The notes: generated from the letters alone by a model not told the origin. Counted from the stretch's first letter, positions 20,262-30,478 are shown. The stretch is 64,000 nt of DNA from Candidatus Bathyarchaeota archaeon (GCA_963715865.1 OY970280.1:448001-512000), one strand, 5' to 3'. Made by a program: numbers and translations.

Positions 20262-21581
20262 ATGGTAGACGGCAAATACTGGAACGAAAAAATCGAAACC
20301 ATGCCCACTGAAGAACTAAAAAAGTATCAACTTAAAAAACTAAAAGAGCAGGTAAAAAACTGTTATGAAAACAGCATTTTTTACAAGAAAAAATTTGATA
20401 GCGCGGGATTGAAACCTGAAAAAATACGCTCACTAGAAGACCTCCAGAAAATTCCTTTCACAGTAAAGAACGATTTACGAGACAACTACCCGTTCGGCAT
20501 GGTTACCGCTAAATCTGACGAAATAGTAGAGATTCATGCTTCAAGCGGCACAACTGGAAACCCAATAATCAGCGCCTACACCAAAAACGACATGGATATT
20601 TGGCAAGAAGTAATGGCAAGATCCATCTACACCACAGGCGGAAGACAGCAAGATGTCATACACATCGCTTATGGCTATGGTTTATTCACTGGCGGATTAG
20701 GTTTTCACTATGGTGCTCAAAAAGTCGGAGCCACAATCATTCCTGCGAGCGGCGGAATGACACAGCGCCAAATAAAGCTCATGAAGGACTTGGGCGCCAC
20801 AATCTTAGCCTGCACGCCAAGCTTCGCAGTTTACCTTGCTGAAACCATGGCTCAGGAAGGCGTTGACCCAAGAAAAGACCTCAAACTTAAAAGCGGAATG
20901 TTCGGGGCAGAACCATGGTCAGACAAGATTAGAGAAAGAATCGAGAAAGAGTTGGGAATTGAGGCTTTTGATGTTTACGGGTTAACCGAACTGTGCGGTC
21001 CAGGCGTTTCCATCGAATGCTCTGAGCATAAGGGAATGCATATTTGGGAAGACCACTTTATTGTGGAAACAATTGACCCTGACACAGGAGAGGCTCTGCC
21101 TGCCGGAGAAGAAGGCGAATTAGTCTTCACAACCCTTACTAAAACAGGCTTACCCATGCTAAGATACAGAACAAGAGACATCTCCAAAATTGAAACAGAA
21201 AAATGCAAATGCGGACGCACACACGCCAGAATGATGCGTGTGCATGGAAGGTCTGATGACATGTTGATTGTACGTGGAGTAAACGTTTTTCCCTCACAAA
21301 TTGAGTATGCAGTGATGTGCTTCTCCGAATTAGCGACACAGTACTTAATAGTTCTTGACAGACCTGGAGCCTTGGACACGTTTTTGGTTAAGGTTGAATT
21401 GTCTGAGCAAGCCGCTAACAACCCGCAGTTGGACAAGAATGCGTTAAAGAATAGCATTCAGCAGAGAATTCACATTGTTACTGGGTTAACAGCTGACGTT
21501 GAAATCGTTAAGCCAGGCGAGCTTCCGAGAACTGAGGGAAAAGCAAAAAGAGTTCTGGATTTGCGCAAGGGCAAAATGTAA
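20262..21581 (+). CDS. paaK: Phenylacetate--CoA ligase family protein
   Basis: SSGTTG, YGLFTGGLG, YGLTELCGPG, RYRTRD, GRSDDM motifs. Confidence 0.9.
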   Translation: MVDGKYWNEKIETMPTEELKKYQLKKLKEQVKNCYENSIFYKKKFDSAGLKPEKIRSLEDLQKIPFTVKNDLRDNYPFGMVTAKSDEIVEIHASSGTTGNPIISAYTKNDMDIWQEVMARSIYTTGGRQQDVIHIAYGYGLFTGGLGFHYGAQKVGATIIPASGGMTQRQIKLMKDLGATILACTPSFAVYLAETMAQEGVDPRKDLKLKSGMFGAEPWSDKIRERIEKELGIEAFDVYGLTELCGPGVSIECSEHKGMHIWEDHFIVETIDPDTGEALPAGEEGELVFTTLTKTGLPMLRYRTRDISKIETEKCKCGRTHARMMRVHGRSDDMLIVRGVNVFPSQIEYAVMCFSELATQYLIVLDRPGALDTFLVKVELSEQAANNPQLDKNALKNSIQQRIHIVTGLTADVEIVKPGELPRTEGKAKRVLDLRKGKM

Positions 21582-21593
21582 AGGACTTAGCAT

Positions 21594-23786
21594 ATGACTT
21601 CCAAGATTGCAGTAAATAAGCCGGGCAGTTTTGCCTTGCTTAACGGCGATGAAGCAGTGGCTAGAGGTGCAGTCGAAGCAGGAGTTAAAGTTGCAGCCTC
21701 GTACCCTGGAACGCCAGCTACTGAAATTTTGGAAGCCTTAGCCGAAGTTTCAAAGGAATTTGACATTTATGCAGAATGGAGCACAAACGAGATTGTAGCC
21801 ACAGAAGTTGCTGCAGGCGCTTCAATGGCAGGCGTCAGAGCCATTGTTTCGATGAAGCATGTTGGCTTAAACGTCGCCGCAGACGCAGCCATGACATTGG
21901 CATACACGGGCATTGAAGGCGGAATGGTTATTGCCGTCTGTGATGACCCAGCATTGCATAGTAGCCAAAACGAGCAAGACAACAGGTACTTTGCTGTCCA
22001 CTCGAAGTTGCCATTGTTGGATGCTGGCAGTCCGCAGGAAGCTTTGGATATGGCGAGGGAAGCTTTTGAATTAAGCGAAAAATTGCATTTGCCAGTGATT
22101 TTGCGGCTAACAACCAGAGTGGCGCATGGAAAGGCAAGAGTGAAACTGGGCGAGTTTCAGAAAATCAAGCGGAAACCTGAGTTTGACAAGAACAGCTCAA
22201 GATGGGTGATGGTGCCTTCTAACGCTATTAGGCAGCATAGGGTTTTAGAGGGCAGGTTGACGGAAGCAAAAAAGCTTGCTAATGATTCAAAGTTTAATGT
22301 GGTTGAGGACAATGGAAGCGAAATAGGCATAATTGGAAGCGGAGTAGGCTACTATTACGCACGTTCAGTTCTGGATACAAAAAAGTTTTCGTGGTTAAAA
22401 TTAGGTTTTGTTTACCCTTTCCCAGAGGAAGTAGTTAAAAAATTCGCTTCAAAAGCTAAGAAGCTAATAGTGATTGAAGAGTTAAGACCATACATTGAGG
22501 AAAACATTCAGCGGTTAAATTTCCAAGTATGCGGAAAAAGCCAGTTAGGCTTAGAAGAGATAGGCGAATTCACGCCCGATAACGTGCGCCAAGCCTTTGC
22601 AAGTTTAGGATTGACCGCTAAAGCAGAACCGCAGGAGCCTCTGGATTTGCAGCCTCGACCGCCAGCTCTTTGCCCAGGATGCCCTCACAGAGCGTTTTAT
22701 TACGCTTTAAACATGGTTAACCAGTACGTTAATTGTGACAACGAGAAATGCGTTGGCTGCGACATTTGCGAGTACGCTTGCTCTTTTGAGAAAGAAAAAG
22801 TCTTCAACCCGCTTAAGTCGCGGATACGTTCGGTGAGGATTGGGCTAACTTTTAACACAGCAGTGACCTGCAAAGCCTGCAAAGATGCGCCGTGTGTCGC
22901 TGCCTGCCCGGAAGATGCGTTAACGCAATCACAAGAGACAGGAGTAATAACTGTTGACGAGGAGAAATGCAAAGGCTGTGACTGGTGCATCGAAGCATGC
23001 GAATACGGCGCCATAACATTGCATCCGAACAAGAACAAAGCAGTTGTCTGTGACATGTGCCAAGGCGACCCTAAATGCATCCCGCTATGTCCAGAAAGCG
23101 CTTTGAGTTTGACTGGAAAATCAAACGACAAAATCGTCACAGGCGACATCGGCTGCTATACGCTGGGTGTTTTGCCGCCTGTAAACACGGTTCAAACATG
23201 CCTGTGCATGGGAGCTGGAATTTCGCAGGCTGCAGGCATGGTTCATGCTGGCGTAAAGGACAAAGTATTCGCAGTCATTGGCGACTCCACCTTTTTCCAT
23301 GCGGGAATGCCTGGGCTGCTGAACATTGCGTACAACAAGGCTAACGTATGCGTAGTTATCATGGATAATAGCATAGTTGCAATGACAGGACATCAGCCAA
23401 CACCAGGGTCAGGAAAAACCGCTATGGGCACTGATGCTAAAATAATAAGAATTCAAGATGTTGCAAAGGGTCTTGGAATAGAAAAAGTAGACGTTGTTGA
23501 CCCCTATGACATTAAAGCCACAACCCAAGCAATAAGAAAAACTCTTGATTACAACGGTCCATCAGTCATTATATCCCAGAGACCATGCCCGCTTTTAATT
23601 GAGAAAGGTGACCCTAGAGAAGTTTTGGAAAAATGCAACGCTTGCGGAGTATGCGTGAAAGCCTTCGGTTGCCCCGCCATCTACTTATCAAGCGAACGCG
23701 CCGAGATAGATGCCACTCTCTGCTATGGATGCGGCGTCTGCGAAACTGTCTGTCCCTTTGAAGCCATAAGGAGAAAAGAAAAATGA
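21594..23786 (+). CDS. iorA: Indolepyruvate:ferredoxin oxidoreductase alpha subunit with an internal inserted 4x[4Fe-4S] ferredoxin
   Basis: GDEAVARG, YPGTP, RPPALCPGCPH, GDIGCY, GDSTFFH motifs and a C-terminal ferredoxin; an extra ~135 aa Cys-rich block at ~22712-23125. Confidence 0.9.
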   Translation: MTSKIAVNKPGSFALLNGDEAVARGAVEAGVKVAASYPGTPATEILEALAEVSKEFDIYAEWSTNEIVATEVAAGASMAGVRAIVSMKHVGLNVAADAAMTLAYTGIEGGMVIAVCDDPALHSSQNEQDNRYFAVHSKLPLLDAGSPQEALDMAREAFELSEKLHLPVILRLTTRVAHGKARVKLGEFQKIKRKPEFDKNSSRWVMVPSNAIRQHRVLEGRLTEAKKLANDSKFNVVEDNGSEIGIIGSGVGYYYARSVLDTKKFSWLKLGFVYPFPEEVVKKFASKAKKLIVIEELRPYIEENIQRLNFQVCGKSQLGLEEIGEFTPDNVRQAFASLGLTAKAEPQEPLDLQPRPPALCPGCPHRAFYYALNMVNQYVNCDNEKCVGCDICEYACSFEKEKVFNPLKSRIRSVRIGLTFNTAVTCKACKDAPCVAACPEDALTQSQETGVITVDEEKCKGCDWCIEACEYGAITLHPNKNKAVVCDMCQGDPKCIPLCPESALSLTGKSNDKIVTGDIGCYTLGVLPPVNTVQTCLCMGAGISQAAGMVHAGVKDKVFAVIGDSTFFHAGMPGLLNIAYNKANVCVVIMDNSIVAMTGHQPTPGSGKTAMGTDAKIIRIQDVAKGLGIEKVDVVDPYDIKATTQAIRKTLDYNGPSVIISQRPCPLLIEKGDPREVLEKCNACGVCVKAFGCPAIYLSSERAEIDATLCYGCGVCETVCPFEAIRRKEK

Positions 23787-24370
23787 AACTGGACATCGTT
23801 TTCAGCGGCGTTGGCGGGCAAGGAGTGGTAGTTTTAAGTGATATTTACTGTGAAGCCGCCATGCTGGACGGCTTTGATGTGGCGAAGGCAGAGGTTCATG
23901 GTATGGCGCAGCGTGGAGGGTCAATAGTGGCATACGCAAGAATCGGCGATAAAGTTGAATCTCCCCTGATTGAAACTGGAAAAGCCGACGTGCTAGTTGG
24001 TTTTGAAATTCTTGAAACTGCAAGAGCTCTTCCAATGCTAAAGAAGAACGGCACCGTAATCGTTAACATGAAGTACATTCAGCCAAACTGCATGGTTTCA
24101 GGTACCAAACCTAAGAAAATAGAAGAATTGATGCAACTGTTGAGGTCTAGAGCTACGGTTCATGAAGTTGACGGGATAGGCATCGCTGAAAAGCTAGGCA
24201 ACCTGTTGGTTGTGAATACCATTCTGCTTGGAGCACTCTCTGCTTTGCCTAAGGTTCCGGTGAAGAGGGAGTCTTTTGAGCAGGCGATAGCTGGTAGGCT
24301 TAAAGAAAAGTACGTCAGTTTGAACCTCAAAGCGTTCAACCTAGGCAGAGAAAGCGTGTTAATCAGTTAA
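23783..24370 (+). CDS. iorB: Indolepyruvate oxidoreductase beta subunit
   Basis: GVGGQG, VHGMAQRGGS motifs. Confidence 0.9.
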   Translation: MKLDIVFSGVGGQGVVVLSDIYCEAAMLDGFDVAKAEVHGMAQRGGSIVAYARIGDKVESPLIETGKADVLVGFEILETARALPMLKKNGTVIVNMKYIQPNCMVSGTKPKKIEELMQLLRSRATVHEVDGIGIAEKLGNLLVVNTILLGALSALPKVPVKRESFEQAIAGRLKEKYVSLNLKAFNLGRESVLIS

Positions 24371-24426
24371 TTTTATTAGCTGTACGCTTCGAAATATAGC
24401 AAACAAAAAAGAGAGAGGAAAATAAT

Positions 24427-25812
24427 TTGCAAAAGAAATTGCTTGCTATAATTGTAGTAGTAATAATAATCATTGCAGCAGTTGCAGCAATAGAATTAGC
24501 ACCACAAGCACCTTCAGCAGAAGCGAGAAACATTCAGATAGGCTTAGTTGCACCAGTATCAGGATCACCTGTCGGAGTAGACATGCAACGCGCAGCTCAG
24601 ATGGCTGTGAACGAAATTAACAATGCTGGCGGCGTTTACGTGTCTAGTTGGCACGCTCATGTGAACATTACTTTAGTAACCGCTGATACAAAGGGTGATG
24701 CTCCAGCCGATGCTAAGACAGCCGTAACCCAATTAGAGAATACAAACCCAGTTGACCTATTCATTGGTGGATACGGAAGCGCAGGCACTCTTGCTGACGA
24801 AGTAGTGGCTACACAAGATCGTATTCCATTCATAATAACAGGTGCATCAAACGATCTTGTCACAAGAAGAGGACCACAAGGTGACTATGGCGGTTTCGGA
24901 CCGACAGGCACATACAGTACTAATGATACGGAAGGAATGAGTTACGTTTTCCACTATTGTACCACAACCTACGATTACACTAAGACAGTAGTTGATTTCT
25001 TTGCTCAAGTAATGAAGCCAATGGTAGCAGCCAACCGAAACTTCAGCCTCGCCATACTCTACCGAAATGACGCCTTTGGGCAAGGCGTTGACCAAGCAAC
25101 CAAGTACTGGATAAAGAACGAAAGCTTACCGATTACTGTTGTCTCCGACAGAGGTTATACTGCAGGTGAAACTGATTTTACAACCGACCTCAAAGTTGTT
25201 CAACAATCGAACCCAGACGCAGTATTTGTCGCTGAAAACCCAAACTTAACGCCGTTAGTAATTCAGCAGGGATGGAGTACCGTTGGACTAAAAACTGTTT
25301 ACGTAGCAGTCGAGAACAATCAAGACCCACAGTTCTATAGTCTACTAGAAGGCATGGGTAATGGTATGGGCAACGGCCAACTGATGGAATCAAAGATGGA
25401 CCCCTTCATGAATCCTTCATACAGTACAGCAGTTGGAACATACGCAACGAAATTTAATCAGACTTACAGCGTAATGCCTGGAATGATGGGTGCTGACACC
25501 TATGACGCGTTCTACATCGCTAAAGCAGCAATCGAAAGTGCAGGAACACTTGACAAAGCAGCCGTGCGCCAGGCTATAGAGAACACGAATATGAAAGATA
25601 GCCTTATACTAACGCAAACTGGCAAAATACAGTTCAGCACAGGCGTTAACTATCATGAGATACAGCCGATAACCTTCATGGAGCAACTCAACCGGAACTC
25701 GGCGACTAACAAGCTACAGTCCCAAATAATCTGGCCAACAAGCGCTGCGGGCATAAGCAACTTTAATCAAACGTCATTCACTCTGCCAACAGGATACATT
25801 GCTGGAAAGTAA
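24427..25812 (+). CDS. Liv-type ABC substrate-binding protein with N-terminal membrane anchor
   Basis: Periplasmic binding protein type I features (AVNEINNAGG, YDAFY) and a hydrophobic N-terminus. Confidence 0.85.
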   Translation: MQKKLLAIIVVVIIIIAAVAAIELAPQAPSAEARNIQIGLVAPVSGSPVGVDMQRAAQMAVNEINNAGGVYVSSWHAHVNITLVTADTKGDAPADAKTAVTQLENTNPVDLFIGGYGSAGTLADEVVATQDRIPFIITGASNDLVTRRGPQGDYGGFGPTGTYSTNDTEGMSYVFHYCTTTYDYTKTVVDFFAQVMKPMVAANRNFSLAILYRNDAFGQGVDQATKYWIKNESLPITVVSDRGYTAGETDFTTDLKVVQQSNPDAVFVAENPNLTPLVIQQGWSTVGLKTVYVAVENNQDPQFYSLLEGMGNGMGNGQLMESKMDPFMNPSYSTAVGTYATKFNQTYSVMPGMMGADTYDAFYIAKAAIESAGTLDKAAVRQAIENTNMKDSLILTQTGKIQFSTGVNYHEIQPITFMEQLNRNSATNKLQSQIIWPTSAAGISNFNQTSFTLPTGYIAGK

Positions 25813-25933
25813 AAATTCATTTAATATTTTCTCTTTTTTTGTAAGAATCTAATACTGATATGTTTTAAATACTTAAGTGAGAAATAGTTGAGCCAATTGC
25901 CAACTAATCATAAAAAATGAGGAAAAATTCGAC

Positions 25934-26812
25934 ATGTTCATTACCGCATCGACTATCATCTTTTCTCTAATCTGGGGGGTGGCAATTGGATGCGTATACA
26001 TGTTGCTGGCAACTGGATTAAACGTCATTTTTGGCGTTATGAAACTTGTGAATTTCGCGCACGGCCAGTTTCTCATGATTGGCGCGTTCGCAACTTGGGC
26101 TATCTCGGTTGCAATTGGATTAAACGCATATATTGCAATTCTTATCTCAATAGGCATCGTTGCAGTCCTTGGTGTTGTTGTTCAACGGTTTACTTTTCGC
26201 AAGGTTCTTGGCACAGACAAGCTGAACGAAATTTTTGTCAGCCTCGGATTGATTTACATCTTTGAAAACGTCGCAGTGCTTCTTTGGGGAAACGGGTCCC
26301 AACGGATTGTTAGTCCTTTAAACGGTTTAAGTTTGGATATGCAAAGCATTTCGATTAGTTATGACCTCCTCGTTGTCGTCGTTGCCGTAGTAGCTATCCT
26401 CATTGCTTTCGGTGTTTTAATGTACCGAACAAAAATTGGACTAGCAATGCGAGCTACGAGCCAGATTAATCACGCAGCCATGCTCATGGGAATTAATGTT
26501 GACAGAATTTACTTGATTACCTTCACTTTGGGCTCAGCCCTGGCTGCTACGGCTGGAGGATTATATGGGGTCATCTACACATTTAATTATCAAAGCGGGG
26601 AGTTGCCAACTATCATTGCTTTCGCAGTTATCATTCTTGGCGGTTTAGGAAGCATACGGGGAGCCATCGTTGGTGGCTTACTGTACGGCATCGCGGAGCA
26701 AATGGCAACTCTGTTCCTTGGGGGAATATGGTCAAGCGCCGTTGCATTTGCCCTGCTAATAGCTGTCCTTATTGTTAGACCTAACGGGCTATTCGGCGAA
26801 AAAGGAGAATGA
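25934..26812 (+). CDS. livH: Liv-type ABC permease
   Basis: GLNVIFGVMKLVNFAHG, GLAMRA, GGLGS motifs. Confidence 0.88.
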   Translation: MFITASTIIFSLIWGVAIGCVYMLLATGLNVIFGVMKLVNFAHGQFLMIGAFATWAISVAIGLNAYIAILISIGIVAVLGVVVQRFTFRKVLGTDKLNEIFVSLGLIYIFENVAVLLWGNGSQRIVSPLNGLSLDMQSISISYDLLVVVVAVVAILIAFGVLMYRTKIGLAMRATSQINHAAMLMGINVDRIYLITFTLGSALAATAGGLYGVIYTFNYQSGELPTIIAFAVIILGGLGSIRGAIVGGLLYGIAEQMATLFLGGIWSSAVAFALLIAVLIVRPNGLFGEKGE

Positions 26813-26813
26813 C

Positions 26814-27905
26814 ATGCTAAATAAACAGAAACTGAGCACTCTCGTGCAATCGAAGAGCTTCCAACTTTTCCTAATTGCCACTGCAATTTTGGTCTTGATT
26901 CCAATTTTCATACGGAATAGCTTCTTCATGTTCGTTTTTACTCTCATATTCATTTTTGGGATTTATGCGGCAAGTTGGAATTTTTTAGCTAATTCAGGGC
27001 AAGGGTCCCTTGGCCACGCTGTGTTTCTAGGAATCGGCGGTTTTGCCTCAGCCATAATCGGCACCAAAATATCAGCTACCATAATTTCAGCTTCAGGGGT
27101 TTACACGATGCCGATAGGCTTCTTATCGGTGCTAATCCAGGTTCTTGTGATTCTTGTAGGCGGCTTGCTTTCAGCAGGAATTGGCTTACTGATTGGATTG
27201 GCGTGCGTACGGTTGAAGGCGTGGTATCTGGCAATAGTTACTTTTGGTTTCTCAGTCATTGCTGAAACGCTCTCAAGCCAGTTTGATTCCATCACAAATG
27301 GGATAAATGGCTTTCCGCCTGCAACCTTTGTGCCAAGCGGGTATCCATTTTACCTTTTGGTGATTCTTTTCGCTGTCGCATCAATTTCAGTGATGTATCT
27401 ATTAATGAAATCGCGAATGGGCTTGGCTTTCAGAGCTATTCACGGCAACGAAGCTGAGGCAAGGATGATTGGGATTAACACGGCGAAGTATAAGCTCATC
27501 GCCTTTGTTATCAGCACGTTCTTCGCTGGCCTAGCTGGTGGATTGTATGTTTATTTCTATGGGTTTGTTGATAACTCCATTTTTTCGCCGACTAACTCGT
27601 TTACGCCGCTTATAATGACTGTTATCGGTGGCCTAGGCACGGTAGCCGGGCCTGTAGTGGGCTCGATTTTCTTTACCTCAGTCGGGCAAATTCTGTCAAC
27701 TCAAAGCGTGACACAAAGCCTCAACAATACGCTTGGGCCATTCTTCCCTAATGCTGGCTATGTTGGACCACCTCTGACTTACCTATTTATAGGGGTAATC
27801 CTGCTGGTAATCGTGATTTTCTTCCCCAAAGGCTTAACGCCCTTGTTCCACAAGTTTTACAAGTATATAATGACCGAAGAAAAACCAGAGAGGAAGAAAG
27901 CATGA
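26814..27905 (+). CDS. livM: Liv-type ABC permease
   Basis: SLGHAVFLGIG, GLAFRAI, IGGLGT motifs. Confidence 0.86.
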   Translation: MLNKQKLSTLVQSKSFQLFLIATAILVLIPIFIRNSFFMFVFTLIFIFGIYAASWNFLANSGQGSLGHAVFLGIGGFASAIIGTKISATIISASGVYTMPIGFLSVLIQVLVILVGGLLSAGIGLLIGLACVRLKAWYLAIVTFGFSVIAETLSSQFDSITNGINGFPPATFVPSGYPFYLLVILFAVASISVMYLLMKSRMGLAFRAIHGNEAEARMIGINTAKYKLIAFVISTFFAGLAGGLYVYFYGFVDNSIFSPTNSFTPLIMTVIGGLGTVAGPVVGSIFFTSVGQILSTQSVTQSLNNTLGPFFPNAGYVGPPLTYLFIGVILLVIVIFFPKGLTPLFHKFYKYIMTEEKPERKKA

Positions 27906-28264
27906 AAGGAACAGATTACTTTGCTGAAGAGTTAGGAATCAAGCTGGTTGAAGCCAGGGACGGCTACGCAAAAGTGTCAATGAAGGTTGAGAAGAACCAT
28001 ACGAACGCTTTAGGCTTCACTCATGGAGGCGCCATTTTTTCGCTGGCTGATTACGCTTTTGCGCAAGCATGCAACTATGGAGATAACGTTGCCGTTGCAG
28101 TTCAAGTAAACATAAACTTCCTAAAACCTTCTGTTGAAGGAGACACTTTGACGGCTGAGGCAGTCAGGGTTTCTGATGGGAAAACAATGGGCTTGTACCA
28201 CGTGACGATTAAGAATCAGGAGAAAATGATAGCTTTCTTTTCAGGATTAGCATTCAAAAAGTAA
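27902..28264 (+). CDS. paaI: PaaI-family hotdog-fold thioesterase
   Basis: HGGAIFSLAD motif. Confidence 0.85.
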   Translation: MKGTDYFAEELGIKLVEARDGYAKVSMKVEKNHTNALGFTHGGAIFSLADYAFAQACNYGDNVAVAVQVNINFLKPSVEGDTLTAEAVRVSDGKTMGLYHVTIKNQEKMIAFFSGLAFKK

Positions 28265-28278
28265 TTTTACTCATGCGG

Positions 28279-28545
28279 TTAGTTCTTATTGCTCTTGTTG
28301 AAGGCGCCGCAGGCAATCCCTGGTCTATGATCTCTAGCGCACACTGGAACACCTTCGACGTTCTCAAAGTTGACGCAGTTTACGCAAAACCGCTCGTATG
28401 GAGCATCAGGGTCTGAAATCTCTGGTTTTGGCTTGAACTCTTGGCAGCAAACCGAAGGCCCATGATGCATAGCGCATAAGGCAACTTTATCGATGCTTCT
28501 TCGGTCCTCGAGGTTCAAGCAGTCTCTGCAACTTTCTATTTGCGT
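28279..28545 (-). CDS. Small protein with a twice-repeated CxxC...CxxxHxPxxxCxxF motif
   Basis: The frame is open upstream of the tracked TTG to 28557 (SCRDCLNLE), with an AGGTGA RBS-like site at 28553-28558. Confidence 0.6.
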   Translation of the reverse strand, partial: TQIESCRDCLNLEDRRSIDKVALCAMHHGPSVCCQEFKPKPEISDPDAPYERFCVNCVNFENVEGVPVCARDHRPGIACGAFNKSNKN

Positions 28546-28805
28546 TTTGCTATCACCTTACTTACTCACTATTCTTCAATTTTGATTAAACAACCATTTA
28601 TTTTATAATAATCTAAACGTATAAAAGGTTTGCTTGAATAATATTGAACGTCTGTTTAAAAGAACAGCCCATAAACCATTATTTGATTAATAAAAACTGC
28701 CGCTCAAACTTAATTTACAAATCAACCAAACACAACCGCGGTCCATTCAGAAAAAGGAATTAACCAACAATATTTTTATGTCGGTCTAAACCCTAGAGTC
28801 ACAAT

Positions 28806-28878
28806 GCTGGGGTGGCCGAATGGTTCAGGCGACAGCCTGCAGAGCTGTTATATATGGGTTCAATTCCCATCCCCAGCT
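28806..28878 (+). tRNA. tRNA-Cys(GCA)
   Basis: Acceptor GCTGGGG/CCCCAGC, anticodon arm ACAGC-CTGCAGA-GCTGT, T-arm ATGGG-TTCAATT-CCCAT, discriminator U; CCA not encoded. Confidence 0.93.
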
Positions 28879-28880
28879 TT

Positions 28881-28920
28881 TTGGCATAAACCCATATACT
28901 TTGGATAAACCCATATACTA
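28881..28920 (+). repeat. Tandem 19-20 bp direct repeat between the tRNA and the integrase stop
   Basis: TTGG(C)ATAAACCCATATACT twice. Confidence 0.75.
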
Positions 28921-29145
28921 TTTGCGTTTTCTAAAGAGTTTCAGCTTATCCATTTCACAAACGTATTCGTAGCCTGACTCAATGAGATCTGTTGCTTCCT
29001 TGGCGTTTGAAGCTGCTTTACAGATGAAGTCGTCATCCTCGAATGTTACCAGCTGCGTGTAGATTAGAGTGTTTTTGATGTTTTTGTGTCCGAGCAGACG
29101 CATGACGCGCAGGATGTCTTTGGTTTTGCGGTATTCCATTGTGGC
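28918..29145 (-). pseudogene. Tyrosine integrase C-terminal remnant
   Basis: ATMEYRKTKDILRVMRLLGHKNIKNTLIY retains the LLGH..T..Y catalytic motif; convergent on the tRNA. Confidence 0.8.
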
Positions 29146-29147
29146 AA

Positions 29148-29204
29148 GGACGTTGCCTCGTCCAGCACTAAAATTTCAGGATTTGCAACCAGCGTTTTGG
29201 CTAA
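29148..29204 (-). pseudogene. ABC ATPase Walker-B fragment joined to the integrase remnant
   Basis: Hand translation LAKTLVANPEILVLDEATS. Confidence 0.7.
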
Positions 29205-29284
29205 ACATGAGTTGCGCGCACTTTCCCATTTGCAGCATTAATTTATCGATTTGCTCTTAGCAAATTATAATTATCTCGCTCACT

Positions 29285-30415
29285 TTGGACAAGGTGTTGT
29301 TAAGAACGGTAAGAACGATCGACGAGTGTGATCCCTTGAAAGAAAAACCCAATGTTCTAATCGTCGGAGCAGGCGCAATCGGTTTAAGCGTAGCAGGCTG
29401 GATTTTTCCTTCCAATGAAAACTTGCATCTTCTAGCACGAGGCGAAAGCGTTGTTGCGATTAGAAAACACGGGTTACGGCTTTATCAAATAGGTAAAGAA
29501 GACACAACTGTTCCAATGCCAGTGAAAGTAATTGAATCATTAGACGAGATTCCGCCTCCAGATATTATAATCATTGCCGTGAAAAACTATGATCTCGACC
29601 GAACAGCTCAGACGCTCAGGCACCAACTCGGAAATTATCAGCCAATCGTTGCGACCCTTCAGAACGGCGTAGACAACCAGCAGATACTGCCCAAGTATTT
29701 TTCCAAAGTAACATACGGCGTCGTCTGCTACAACGCATGGCGAGAAGGTGCCGGGAAAGCCACATATGTGAAACGAGGATACCTAATTATTGGAACCCCA
29801 AACAATGGCCTGCAACCCGAACTTCAAAGCGTTAAAAACGTCTTATATCCTGGATTAGAATGCTTTATCACCAATCGTTTACAGGATGCAGTTCACTGCA
29901 AATTAGCAATTAATCTCATAAACGCATTAATGGCACTAGTGGGGTTTCGAAAACGGTCCATTGAGTCTGAAAAGATTCTTGTGCACATGACAACTAGATT
30001 GCTATGGGAAGGAATTCAGGTGCTGCAAGCGACAGGTTTTGAGGAACATGATCTTGGTAATATGCCCTCTTGGAACGATATCCGAATAGCTGTTAATATC
30101 CCAGAATCACCTGCAAATCCCCTTTACGACTTTATCGTCAACAGGGTCGGACCAACCAGCATGACACAAGACGTGTTCAGTGGAAAGACGAACACAGAAT
30201 TGGAATCATTGAACGGGCATATGCTTGAGTTAGCCCGCAGGGTAGGGGTTCCGATGCCGATTAACCAAGCTATCTATGAGATCGCTAAGGAACGTTTCTG
30301 CTCCAGCTTCAAACCCATCCAAGAAATTGACCTTTGGGAAATGATAAACAATAGAATTCTCGACCGTTCGCACGTGCTTATTCGAAAACTTGCAACATTA
30401 GGCGATTGCAATTGA
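29285..30415 (+). CDS. Ketopantoate reductase (PanE/ApbA) family oxidoreductase
   Basis: GAGAIG, AVKNYD, LQNG, SMTQD, ELESLNG motifs. Confidence 0.8.
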   Translation: MDKVLLRTVRTIDECDPLKEKPNVLIVGAGAIGLSVAGWIFPSNENLHLLARGESVVAIRKHGLRLYQIGKEDTTVPMPVKVIESLDEIPPPDIIIIAVKNYDLDRTAQTLRHQLGNYQPIVATLQNGVDNQQILPKYFSKVTYGVVCYNAWREGAGKATYVKRGYLIIGTPNNGLQPELQSVKNVLYPGLECFITNRLQDAVHCKLAINLINALMALVGFRKRSIESEKILVHMTTRLLWEGIQVLQATGFEEHDLGNMPSWNDIRIAVNIPESPANPLYDFIVNRVGPTSMTQDVFSGKTNTELESLNGHMLELARRVGVPMPINQAIYEIAKERFCSSFKPIQEIDLWEMINNRILDRSHVLIRKLATLGDCN

Positions 30416-30478
30416 AAGCAAATGTTAAAGAACGAAAAGAAAAAAGTGGGTTTGCGGGTGACATCTCCACTTTGGTGA

